Shown in pieces: positions 1 through 10,645 of a stretch of DNA of 64,000 nucleotides. The stretch is taken from NCBI GenBank assembly GCA_964016885.1, contig OZ024764.1, positions 27,466,001 to 27,530,000 of the forward strand, read 5' to 3'. The number at the start of each line of letters is the position of its first letter. Position 1 is the first letter of the stretch. The translations under genes were made by a program, and so were the position numbers. A model generated the notes under the pieces. It did no database searches. It saw only the letters and a program-made list of their open reading frames with translations, and was not told the DNA's origin. Source of the DNA: Eledone cirrhosa (taxonomy: Eukaryota).

Positions 1-163
1 GAGGCAAAAATTTTGCGGCTGTGCAGTTTGTTTGGTGTATTTGACTGCTATTTCTAGCATGTATGGACGTATGTACGGTATAGGTGTATTTATATTTAGG
101 ATAGTTATCAAAGGTAAATAGACTGGTTGGAGTAATAACAGTCTTGTTTATGTATATACACAC

Positions 164-195
<32 letters not shown>

Positions 196-299
196 GTTTG
201 TTCTTGTATTTCTATAGAAAAGGTAAAGAAAAGAAGAATGCTCTATGTATTGTACAGAGCTATTTAATTACATAATAAACAACAGAATATAATTATTCC

Positions 300-2654
300 A
301 TGCAAATAGACTTAGAATGGAAAACATTCAGACAGAGAAGAATGGATAATGAGCGTCATAAGAGAAATTGGCCAACAATTAATATTAATGGAAATCTAGA
401 AGAATTTCATATTAGTGATATGAATGTTTCGTGTGATCACTGTGAAGCTTTGAAATTTAGAAATGAAAATTGTAACTGTTGTAATAAAGGAAAGGTTGTG
501 TTGCCTCCATTGCAAATATACCCCGAGAGACTGAGAAATCTCTTTGAAAGAGGCCAGGAAGCAGTTGATTTCACAGAAACATCTGCAATTAAAACTACAT
601 TTATTTCACTTCATTTGGTGTTACCACCCGGCAGAGGCCCGTATAGCTTTCATATTCAGGGTCAAACATATCACTACACCCCCACCTCTGTAACCTGCAG
701 AAAATACACCACAATATGGCCAGTTATATATTATTGATGGGAACGAAGGTGTGTAGCACAGATTGGAAGTACAACCAAATAATTGTTTCTGGCACAAGAC
801 CAGCAATTACTGGTACTTTATTCTATCGACCTAATAAGGATGAAAACAAAGTCAACCTTGGAGGGATTTGAACCCAGAACGTAAAGGGCCATAACCCTAT
901 GCTGCAAAGCATGGTGTCTGACGCTCTACCGATACTGCCAATCCACCGCCCTAGTACCAACAAATAATGACTGCTCACCACAAAAAATGGCTATGATAAG
1001 AGAGGTGTTGCATGAATGTTATCCATATGTCGAAGTGTACAATACAATGCATGGCATCAAACAGCAAAGTGCAAGAAGAGAAAATTGTCGTGTACAGAAC
1101 TGTGAATTAAGATTTAGAAGAGGATCAGATATGAGCTGCTATAATTTACCAACTAGTAATGATAGCTGTTGTTTTGTGGGGTTTGAGGGCAGACCACCTG
1201 TACAAAGAGATATTATCATCTTTCCTAAAGACCATCCTCCTCAGAAAATATCACATAATTCATGCCACTTGGACCTCATGACTGACCCATAATGGTGAAT
1301 TTTGGTGGCATAGTGACATGGAGAGGAATGCAGGACCTGTGTTTGCAATAGACTGACAATGCAGGAGTATTACATATACAGTATAGCATATAGAGGAGGA
1401 TTTAGTGTGATATATAGGGCAGGTAAATTATTTTAGCAGTATTTAGTGGATGCCTATATGAAAGTAGAGGGATGCAGGCTTCTATATTTGAGGAACAATC
1501 AAGCCCAATTGTGAGTGGATGAGTATAATGGTTTAATGAATTATCTAAACAGATGATAACACTGAGCCTTAAAAAATGAAGACAAGATAAGAAACAGAGA
1601 AGACATTGACAGAATCGTGTCAGCAGAAATACCTGCATTGGAAGATGATCCAGTACTACATGAGCAGGTTTAAAAGTTTATGATCCACAGGCCATGTGGT
1701 TCTGGAAACCCTTTTCCCCCATTTATACAAAATGGATTTTTCCAAAAGAACTATCCAAAAACCTACAGAAGGGAAACATTATTGAACCTAAATGGATACC
1801 CAGAGTACAGGAGGTGCAAGACAGGAACTGCAGTGTAAATTGGATGACATTCAGTAGATAACAGGAATGTTGTGCCATTTAATGCCTTTTTGATTAAGAA
1901 ATATTGTGCACATATTAATGTTGAAGTTTGCGCTTCTGTAAAAAGTGTCAAGTACCTCTTTAAATATGTTACATGGGGCATGATTGTACATCTATAGAAG
2001 TAACGAATAATGCATTACCTAATGAGGCTCAGAACCAACACAACCATGATGAAATAAGAACCTATCTTTGTTGCAGGTATGTGTCTCAGCCAGAAGCAGT
2101 GTCGTGTCTCTCGGAATTTAAGCTTCATGGTACATCACATACAGTATACAGCCTAGTCACACACCTGGAGAACAAACAGAGTTTACTTTCAAAGAGGAAA
2201 TGCTCAGGTTGTGGTAGAAATGCAGGGACCCTTGCTGCCTGGTTCAAGCTAAAAGAACTTGCTTACACCTTCTGGGATGCCGCCTCACAAACTCCAATTA
2301 TAAGCAGGATCAATAATAATGCTTCTATGGAATATTTCAATCCAGAACAGATTATGTAATGGCACAAGATTAGAAGTAGTAGAACTGCATAAACATTTTA
2401 TCAAAGCTTCTCATATCTATGGTCCTTTGATGGGCAGGTGTGTTTTGATCCCAAGACTGAAGTTATCCCCCAGTGGTGCCAACATCCCTTTTACTTTGGA
2501 AAGACCCCAGTTTCCATTAAGACTGTCATATGCCATGACAATCAACAAGAACCATGGTCAAATACATGATAAAGTGGGTCTGTTCCTCCCTGAGCAAGTA
2601 TTTAACCCTGGACAATTGTATGTTGCTTTTTCAAGAGTTCACAGACAGATGTAA
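300..2654 (+). pseudogene. Degenerate, internally deleted Helitron Rep-helicase, copy 1
   Basis: Frameshifted or stop-interrupted translations match Helitron RepHel motifs: CDHCEALKF..NCCNKGKVVLPPL, PPGRGPYSFHIQGQTYH, YNLPT, GKLF*QYLVDAYMKVE..RLLYLRNNQ, SAEIP...MIHRPCG, DNRNVVPFN..LIKKYCAHINVEVC..VKYLFKYV (Rep catalytic-Tyr motif) and the PIF1 C-terminus TPSGMPPHKL..LCNGTRL..QFPLRLSYAMTINK..GQ..GQLYVAFSRV. The HUH motif and the helicase P-loop are absent. Confidence 0.93.
784..952 (-). mobile_element. tRNA-derived SINE inserted in the Helitron ORF
   Basis: The minus strand has an A-box-like TGGCAGTATCGG, a B-box GGTTCAAATCCC and the core TTTCATCC..GGTCGATA..AAAGTACCAG. It is flanked by a 16-bp TSD (768-783 AGTACAACCAAATAAT / 953-968 AGTACCAACAAATAAT, 14/16), and removing it restores Helitron reading continuity. 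It resembles the abundant octopus SINE family (from recall, not searched). Confidence 0.85.
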
Positions 2655-3225
2655 AAATTAATCCTAGCAAACCCCCACCACTCCTACAACTGTTAGCTGT
2701 TAGCCCACCCCAGCACCACCCAACCTCCGTTCTAGTCCCACCGTTAGAACCAATGCTGCTTACCCTGCCTCTTTTACTAGTTCACTCCGTCGCTCGAATT
2801 TCAAAGCTGGCCCTCTACACTTGGTCATTGCCAGCTCACCACCTGGTTGTGCTCTCTGTGTCCGCACTAGCCGGTACCTAAACACAATAAAATGTCACCT
2901 GTGCTACCAAAACTACCACAGGAACTCTGTCGGCATCAGCAAGGCTCAAGCCGAAAGGCTTCAATACTAGACCTGTAATCAGGGCCACTTTACCTCCGAC
3001 GACCAGCTTTCTACCGAGTGTGTGTTGATGGAGGGGACATGAGACCAGCAAAGTCCTAGGAGTAGAGACTAGTAAATAATAAACGGTCCTAGCTATGTTA
3101 AGAATATATATAAGAAAAATGTTCTATACATTTAAGAAGACAAGAGAAATAAATATTTACCTCTTTCATGTAGGTAATATAGCGGTGTTATAAAAGTATA
3201 ATAACTGATGCAGGTAGTTTGTTTC

Positions 3226-3703
3226 AAACTATAACACATATAACTCTATCAGTGAAGCCCTTTAGTATAGGTCAACTAGGAAACTATAACACATATAACC
3301 CTATCAGTGAAGTCCTTTAGTATAGGTCAACTGGGAAACGATAACACATATAACCCTATCAGTGAAGTCCTTTAGTATAGGTCAACTGGGAAACTATAAC
3401 ACATATAACCCTATCAGTGAAGTCCTTTAGTATAGGTCAACTGGGAAACTATAACACATATAACCCTATCAGTGAAGCCCTCTGGGAAACTATAACACAT
3501 ATAACTCTATCAGTGAAGCCCTTTAGTATAGGTCAACTGGGAAACTATAACACATATAACCCTATCAGTGAAGTCCTTTAGTATAGGTCAACTGGGAAAC
3601 TATAACACATATAACCCTATCAGTGAAGTCCTTTAGTATAGGTCAACTGGGAAATTATAACACATATAACCCTATCAGTGAAGTCCTTTAGTATAGGTCA
3701 ACT
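3226..3703. repeat. 55-bp minisatellite, ~9 units
   Basis: AAACTATAACACATATAACCCTATCAGTGAAGTCCTTTAGTATAGGTCAACTGGG repeated with period 55; one unit is truncated to 41 bp. Confidence 0.95.
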
Positions 3704-3716
3704 AACAGAAGTATTA

Positions 3717-3762
3717 AGGTGGGCTCGATTGTGGCCCGCGGGCCGCCTGTTGCACGCCCCTC
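3717..3762 (+). mobile_element. 3' end remnant of a hAT (Charlie-like) MITE
   Basis: TGTGGCCCGCGGGCCGCCTGTTGCACGCCCCTC resembles hAT MITE subterminal/terminal sequence and is followed by CTTTAGAC, which fits an nTCTAGAn-like target. The second copy (~18806-18873) retains 61 bp more upstream. Confidence 0.5.
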
Positions 3763-3794
3763 CTTTAGACAGAATATCTATCACAGTTAAGTAA

Positions 3795-4004
3795 TACTGT
3801 GATCTGTCGGCCAACTACATTTTCCAGCCTGAGGCGTTTGGGGGAGTCGGGATACTGACTGCGAGATTCCTATCTTCACTGGCGGCTAGCCTGACGAAGG
3901 TGACTGGTGAAGCTCGTGAGGGCACTTGGTTGTTCCAGCTCCTCAGCCTCGCCATCGCCCGAGGTAACGCTGCAGACGTGCTGGCTTGCCTAAAAAATCA
4001 TTAG
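3795..4004 (+). pseudogene. CRE-clade non-LTR retrotransposon C-terminal (RLE) fragment A
   Basis: Translates to YCDLSANYIFQPEAFGGVGILTARFLSSLAASLTKVTGEAREGTWLFQLLSLAIARGNAADVLACL, matching the CRE C-terminal pattern Y..L...Y.F.P.A.ET.G...F...L....TG..RE..L.Q.LS.A..RGNA. Confidence 0.8.
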
Positions 4005-4087
4005 AGAGGTTTCCCAGTGCTCCTCGCGATACTGTTATCTTTTGCTCTAGTAGCAGCTCGTTTGTCCACCCCTTTCGCCTGCCTTTG

Positions 4088-4270
4088 GTTGTATGTCGTC
4101 CTAGATGTGTGTATTACCTGCTTGTGTGTTGTATGTGGTCCTAGATGTGTGTATTACCTGCTTATGTGGTCCTAGATGTATGTATTACCTGCTGGTGTGT
4201 TGTATGTGGTCCCAGATGTGTGCATTACCTGTTTTTGTGTTGTATGTGGTCCCAAATGTGTGTGCTACCC
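4088..4270. repeat. 40-bp minisatellite, ~5 units
   Basis: GTTGTATGTGGTCCTAGATGTGTGTATTACCTGCTTGTGT repeated; one unit is 31 bp. Confidence 0.9.
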
Positions 4271-5054
4271 GCTTCTGTGATTTGTTTTGTTCCTTCTTTC
4301 TCTCTTCCGAGAAACAATCCTGTATTTTTTTAATCTATTCCATGCGTTAAGTAATTAGCAGCAACAACAAACTGATTTTCAGTTGTAAAAAGAATCTTTA
4401 AACCTTCACCATTTACATTAACACATACCATACGTTGTCCCAGCCACAAATAAACAGTAAAAAAAACTTACTTTGCGGTTAAATTCTTCACAATTAAAAG
4501 AAAAATATTTCTAACACGTTTCTAGACAACACCAAGTTTACACCTTCAATATCCGGTAAAAGTAAAAACAAATTCTGGAGACATTTAACGAAACGAAACT
4601 ATGTAAAGAAAAACGAAAATTAAACGAAGACAAGTAGTAAATTTTAATTTTTATTAAATAAAATACCAGTAATTCACTGCAGTAGATTTAATCAACTTTA
4701 CTCTCTCTGCACGAAAGAAGAAAAAAATTCCTGACTTAGTGCTTAATATATAGAGAGGGGGAGAGTTTGGTGTTACTTCATATAGAGAGGGGTATTGGAA
4801 GAGAGTGCCGTGTAGTAGATATAGAGAGGGAGAGAGTGTGTGCTAATTGATATAAAGAGGGGGATTTGCACCCCCCCCCCCCGCCGCCTAGAAAAATTCT
4901 GAAATGCTTCGACCTCCCTGTACATATATATATATATATATAGTATACACACACAGACATATATATGTATATATTATATATATAGTAAATAAATGTGTGT
5001 GTGTATCAGTGGTCGCCAAACTTTTCTGTTCCACACCCCTCCTCTAAAATATGT

Positions 5055-5190
5055 TTATGTTCCCCTTTAATATAAAAACAATCCGAGTATTCTGAAAGTA
5101 TTATTACTGTAATATAAAGTAGAAACCCTTTATTTAAACAAAGCTACGATGCAGCGATGATCAAAACAAACTTCTCGTAGGTGCTGCCAA
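5055..5190 (+). repeat. Fragment of the foldback-type element family
   Basis: Matches 6540-6613 directly and 8060-8212 in reverse complement (TTATTACTGTAATATAAAGTAGAAACCCTTTATTTAAACAAAGC). A second copy lies at ~20145-20280. Confidence 0.75.
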
Positions 5191-5678
5191 GCGGGGAAAA
5201 GTGGATGTATAATGATGATGATATATATATATATGCCCCACCCTTGCAAACAGGGAAAAGCAGACGTAAAATGAAAATGATGATATATATATAGATAGAT
5301 AGATATGTATTTATACTTATACGTCATGGTGGCTACAGGTGCCAAGAGGAAGAAGCCGGTCAAATCCTCTGATATTTGTTTATCTTCCTTTCCTTTGTAT
5401 ATATATATATATAGTATGTGTGTATGAAGATGTATGACCCCCTAGCAAGCCAAACTACAGTTACTCCCCAACATGGAGAGCAAATTAAAACATTACCTGT
5501 TAGAGAGGAACGTGAAATGATTTGTTAGTGAACTACCGGTGTAACAGTAATTATGTTACCGGTGTAACTATTTCTGTTTACCTTATTTTTAAATGACACT
5601 CCTATATTAGTTTAGTGACCTTTCAATTCAAATAAATTCTTGATGATGATTGAACTCGCATCGGAGTAGCCCAACGCC

Positions 5679-6060
5679 TTGGCCTCCGCGTGTGTGAGCC
5701 ACATAAATGCTCTCAACGACATAGTGAGAAGAAGCCTGGACGCAGCTGAATTTCCATCTCAACTGGAGCCAGCAGGCCTAGGCCGCGGAGATGGCAAGCA
5801 CCGCGAGGGAATCACCCTCTTCCCATTCGAAGGAGGTAGATCCACAAACCCCAGCATCGCTGCCCGTCTCGCAGATGAACATAAAATAAACAAATTCCGG
5901 TGTTTGTCCTGGAGCCTCTTCTAAGCACCAGCCGCCGTCGAGACCCCGGGCCAACTTGGACCCATTACAGCCGAGCTCCGCAACATCGCAGTGTCTGTGG
6001 CCCGTCTGAGGATGGAGTCCCACGAGGTTGGATGCCTGTTGCAGCAGGTGTCACTGTCCT
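5679..6060 (+). pseudogene. CRE-clade non-LTR retrotransposon RLE fragment B
   Basis: SHINALNDIVRRSLDAAEFPSQLEPAGLGRGDGKHREGITLFPF (GKHPEG in copy 2; cf. RH..LND....LEP.GL.R.DGKRPDG.TL.PW). Past a stop, the same frame continues APAAVETPGQLGP...LLQQVSL. The WDxT segment is deleted. Confidence 0.82.
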
Positions 6061-6153
6061 TACATATATATACGTAAATGTTCCCTTGACTGCTATTTCT
6101 AGCATATATTAATAGACACTTTAGAAACAGCAGCTAAAAATCAAGAAACAACA

Positions 6154-6177
6154 GTGTGTGTCTGTATATATATACAC

Positions 6178-6234
<57 letters not shown>

Positions 6235-6313
6235 AGCCAAAGACACGCACACACGAACATACACATACACACAGGTGTATGTCTGCGTGTATGTATATAT
6301 ATGTGTGTGTGTT

Positions 6314-6400
<87 letters not shown>
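6154..6400. repeat. Compound microsatellite (GA)n / (CA) / (TG) / (TC)n / (TA)n
   Basis: Read directly from the sequence; a second copy lies at ~21257-21522. Confidence 0.9.
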
Positions 6401-6403
<3 letters not shown>

Positions 6404-6429
6404 GTCAGTGATCCCCCTCGCAACCTTTA

Positions 6430-7020
6430 ATTAAACAAACCTGCGATGAGGCGATGATCAAAATAAACACCAAAGTATAAACAAACAGCCCATAGGTGCT
6501 GCCGGATACACGATAACATGTGTGGACGAAGTAAAACTTTTATTACTGTAATATAAAGTAGAAACCCTATATTTAAACAAAGCTGCGATGCAGCGATGAT
6601 CAAAACAAACTTCAAATAACATGTGTATACGAAGTGTATCTGGAAGCTTGGTCGTATTATATGACTTTCAAATTGACCCCTATTATATTCAAATTATCCC
6701 CTGTGGGGCGTGCACCCCACGTTGAGAATCCCTCATAAATAAAAATATGTGAGTGTGTTGCTATGACTGCTATTTCTAGCAGGTTTACTGCAGTCCTGTA
6801 GACGCACAACAAAAACCGGAAGTGGCAGCCATTAAAAAACTTTGGCTTAAAATCAGCCAAAAGATTTTCAATAATAGTAAAATTTTATTTTTGACAAGGA
6901 CGATAACTTTTGTCTTACTTAATCGCAAAAATCGAGGCAAAAATTTTGCGGGTGTGCAGTTTACACGCTAAAATAAACCTGCTAGAAATAGCAGTTATAG
7001 CAACTCACATATATTTATAT

Positions 7021-7030
<10 letters not shown>
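6430..7030 (+). mobile_element. Left arm of a long inverted repeat (foldback or non-autonomous DNA element)
   Basis: 6657-7020 is the near-perfect reverse complement of 7650-8012; the ORF track shows identical peptides on opposite strands. It carries the repeated motif TGACTGCTATTTCTAGCA in both orientations. Confidence 0.8.
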
Positions 7031-7054
<24 letters not shown>

Positions 7055-7232
7055 CCAAACACACACCCTTATATATGTACGTGTGTGTGTGTTGACCGCT
7101 ATATATATATATAGCAGCCAAACACATACACAGACACACATATATATATATATACATGTGTGTGTATATGTGTGTGTCCTCCTCTCGTCTATGGCTGTTA
7201 TTTTTACATTGTCCTTTTTGTTATTTTTCTCG

Positions 7233-7300
7233 GGATTTGCCCGGATTCGAACATGCGACCACCTATTTACAATATAGAATCTTTACACCTTTACTGACTT
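7233..7300 (-). mobile_element. Degenerate tRNA-like (SINE head) remnant
   Basis: The minus strand reads GGTCGCATGTTCGAATCCGGG (B-box/T-arm-like). No intact cloverleaf is visible. Confidence 0.35.
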
Positions 7301-7465
7301 TTAAGTAATCCAAGTTGTAACCCCGGATTTAGTAGTGTTTAATTTATTTTGAAGTATTTTATTATTGGCCTTAGTTAGACGATCGTCCAAGACCATGCTG
7401 GGGCATATATATATATATGTATATATATGTGTGTGTGTGTGTGTATGCTGGGGCATATATATATA

Positions 7466-7521
<56 letters not shown>

Positions 7522-7629
7522 CTAGGGCATATATATATATGTGTGTGTGTGTATATATATATATATATGTGTGTGTGTCCTTTCTGTTATTCGCTGCTAT
7601 TTCTAAAGTGTCAATATATATATCATATA

Positions 7630-8212
7630 TATATATATATGATATATAAATATATGTAAGTGAGTTGCTATGACTGCTATTTCTAGCAGGTTTATTTTTA
7701 GCGTGTAAACTGCACACCCTCAAAATTTTTGCCTCGATTTTTGCGATTAAGTAAGACAAAAGTTATCGTCCTTGTCAAAAATAAAATTTTACTATTATTG
7801 AAAATCTTTTGGCTGATTTTAAGCCAAAGTTTTTTAATGGCTGCCACTTCCGGTTTTTGTTGTGCGTCTACAGGACTGCAGTAAACCTGCTAGAAATAGC
7901 AGTCATAGCAACACACTCACATATATTTATTTATGAGGGATTCTCAACGTGGGGTGCACGCCCCACAGGGGATAATTTGAATATAATAGGGGTCAATTTG
8001 AAAGTGATATAATACGACCCAACTCCCTGTTACACTTCGTATACACATGTTATCGTGTATCTGGCAGCACCTGCGAGAAGTTTGTTTACATTTTGGGGTT
8101 TGCTTTGATGATCGCTGCATCGCAGCTTTGTTTAAATAAAGGGTTTCTACTTTATATTACAGTAATAACACTTTTACAAGACTCGGATTGTTTTTATATT
8201 AAAGGGGACATG
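7630..8212 (-). mobile_element. Right arm of the long inverted repeat
   Basis: Reverse complement of the 6430-7030 and 5055-5190 family sequence. Confidence 0.8.
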
Positions 8213-8836
8213 TTTTTTAAACTCTGAACTCAGCATCTTTCTGTTGTTCTCCGGGATTCTAGCAAAGTATAAAAATATATATATATATATAGCTGGCAGT
8301 CAACCTCAGACTCGAAAAAGCCGCCGCTAATCGTGATCGTTGGGGTTATAATTAGACTAAAAGTGCTTCCACTGGGCACCATTAGCTGATTGTGATCATT
8401 GGAGAATTCTTTCTGCGCTGAAAGAGCCTAGGACTAAAAGATATATATATAGATGTCGAAACGGCAGTAGCACAGCCGTTGGGGTCCTGAATATTTTCAC
8501 ATCTATATATGTGTGTGTATTCTGCGACATTTATAATTACATAAGCAAGCATATTTGAATAACAAAATTTGAGGTTTAAATACTTTATTTTTTACCAATA
8601 ACATAGAGAAAGGCATGAACAACACCACATGTTAATTACTTTAATATTGAAAGTAGGGTTATAAAGATTAAAAAAGCAGATGTTTTAATCTTTCATGGTG
8701 GTCTGGTGGGTGATACCAGAGATGGTGGTAGTCCTGGTTTCGGTTTCAATCCCGGTCATGGGTTACATATAAGGTCTCATTTTTTTTTTCTTTCTTTCAG
8801 TTTTCTTCTTATCTCTAGATATAAATATATATACAT

Positions 8837-8945
8837 AAGGTAATTTGGTAGAATTGTTAGAACATCAGATAGAATTCTTTGCAGTATTTTTCCAGTTCTT
8901 TACTCTGAGTTCAACTTTACCTTTCTTCCATTCGGTGTCGATAAG
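8837..8945 (+). mobile_element. Highly degenerate SINE of the same family as 784-952
   Basis: TTGGTAGAATTGTTAGAAC...CTGAGTTCAA...CCTTTCTTCCATTCGGTGTCGATAA; a duplicate lies at 11434-11542. Confidence 0.55.
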
Positions 8946-9062
8946 TCTTGAATATGTCTAACGTAGCAATAATTTGAGCTACTTAACCAAGTTTTCCCAA
9001 CCTAGTCGATGTCACCTACTGGTTGGCGATTTAAACTGTTGGCTGGGACAATGACCAACTAA

Positions 9063-9310
9063 TCAGTCAGATTCGAACTCACTATGTCTGGCATATATTT
9101 TATATTTTATATTTGAATGACGTTCTGTAAGTAACCTGGTGGCTTAGATGGCAATACTGCTCGAATAGATGGCTTCTATTATGAAGTTATAAGTTCATTC
9201 CCTATCCAGGATTGTAGAATTAATTTTATTTAGTTATTATTTAATCAATTGTTTTAACAAACAAATTATATCTATAAAACGCCAAATATAGTGAGTTCAA
9301 ATCTGACTGA
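9063..9310. mobile_element. MITE with 30-bp terminal inverted repeats
   Basis: 9063-9092 TCAGTCAGATTCGAACTCACTATGTCTGGC matches the reverse complement of 9281-9310 at 27/30. The CAGTC start is Tc1/mariner-like, but no clean TA TSD is present. Confidence 0.7.
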
Positions 9311-9642
9311 CATGCATGGTATATATTTATGTTTCATTATACAACGACACAATACACAGGAACTTATAAAGATATGTATATATTGTCCAGGAGTTTCGAG
9401 TTTAGTGGGAATTGGTACAACTCTCAATTGGAGCTAGTTCCTGCAAGATCAGCATAAATAATGTTATACCTTTTCATGAAATCTTGCACACCCGATGTTT
9501 TATACATGATTATTTAAAGGTGAACAAAAACCAAAGAACATTGTGCAGCATTTCTCAACCTTTCTACCCATGTCGATCTCTTGAAATAGTTTTTATGTCT
9601 CAGGGATGCCCTGCATAAAATATACTTTTTCTATCTCTAGAG

Positions 9643-9700
9643 CAGTGGTTCCCAAATCGTGTGCTGCGAGATGAAACAAGATGAGCTGCAAAAGACTAAG
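9643..9700 (+). mobile_element. 5' end remnant of a hAT (Charlie-like) MITE
   Basis: CAGTGGTTCCCAAA terminus immediately after CTCTAGAG (nTCTAGAn target consensus); a duplicate starts at ~12225. Confidence 0.55.
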
Positions 9701-9759
9701 ATTAAGTTTTAAGATGTGAAAAATATAAAACTGAAATTTCATATAAAAGTTCAAATATA

Positions 9760-9990
9760 GCTACAGCCACAAACCTAGGCTCCACACCCCGCAATGCAAA
9801 GGATAGTAAGATAGTACCAAGGCCTGACTCACCTCTTCCACTCCATTGAGACCTCTGCCATACTTGGTCCCTGTACTGCTGATTTCCTCCATAAAGTCGG
9901 GAGGAAAGACGACAGGAGCCTCATGAGGAGGGGCGACTATTGTAGCAGGTGTCTCTGGCCTTGCTCCGAGGTAACGCTTTTACGTTTCTT
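9760..9990 (+). pseudogene. CRE-clade non-LTR retrotransposon C-terminal fragment C
   Basis: Frameshifted translation YQGLTHLFHSIETSAILGPCTADFLHKVGRK...QVSLALLRGNAF shows the same ET.G/RGNA signature as fragment A. Confidence 0.72.
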
Positions 9991-10230
9991 CCACAGGTTG
10001 CGGCTGAGGGACCACTTAGACTGGGGTGAAGTGTCTGTCCCTCCCCCGACTTCTTACTTCTTTTTTTTTCTCATTTTCATTTTCTTTTCTCTTCTTGCTT
10101 ATCTCTGCTATACCACGGCATCAAAAACATATATGATATGTGTATGTATGGTATAGGTGTATTTATATTTAGGATAGTTATCAAAGGTAAATAGACTGGT
10201 TGAAGCAATAACAGTCTTGTTTATGTATAT

Positions 10231-10267
<37 letters not shown>

Positions 10268-10368
10268 TGTTCTTGTATTTCCATAGAAAAGGTAAAGAAA
10301 AGAAGAATGCTCTATGTATTGTACAGAGCTATTTAATTACATAATAAACAACAGAATATAATTATTCC

Positions 10369-10620
10369 ATGCAAATAGACTTAGACTGGAAAACATTCAG
10401 ACAGAGAAGAATGGATAATGAGCGTCGTAAGAGAAATTGGCCAACAATTAATATTAATGGAAATGTAGAAGGATTTCATATTAGTGATATGAATGTTTCG
10501 TGTGATCACTGTGGAGCTTTGAAATTTAGAAATGAAAATTGTAACTGTTGTAATAAAGGAAAGGTTGTGTTGCCACCATTGCAAATATACCCTGAGAGAC
10601 TGAGAAATCTCTTTGAAAGA
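10369..10620 (+). pseudogene. Helitron copy 2, 5' part only, truncated at a fold-back
   Basis: Near-identical to 300-551 and ends at CTCTTTGAAAGAG. Confidence 0.9.
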
Positions 10621-10645
10621 GATTTCTCAGTCTCTCAGGGTATAT
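10585..10645. repeat. Perfect palindrome with 30-bp arms and a 1-nt loop
   Basis: ATATACCCTGAGAGACTGAGAAATCTCTTT-G-AAAGAGATTTCTCAGTCTCTCAGGGTATAT. Confidence 0.97.

Larger units (their letters stand above)
8757..10620 (+). repeat. 1.86-kb tandem duplication, first copy (second copy starts at 11351)
   Basis: Sequence from CATGGGTTACATATAAGG (8757) to the Helitron TTTGAAAGA (10620) recurs nearly identically from 11351 to ~13223. Confidence 0.95.

Noticed and set aside
300-2654. Functional host PIF1 helicase or intact Rep gene
   Set aside because: It has multiple stops and frameshifts, a SINE insertion, and no HUH or P-loop motif.
7233-7300. Functional tRNA gene
   Set aside because: Only a B-box/T-arm-like stretch is present, with no acceptor or anticodon stems; the similar 9133-9212 segment is also degenerate.
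4105-7759. Short ORFs rich in Y/I/C/V/T/H
   Set aside because: These are translations of (TA)n, (TG)n, (CA)n and the 40-bp minisatellite.
8291-8372. EKAAANRDRW as an RTE-clade LINE C-terminus
   Set aside because: Too short to support without a database search.
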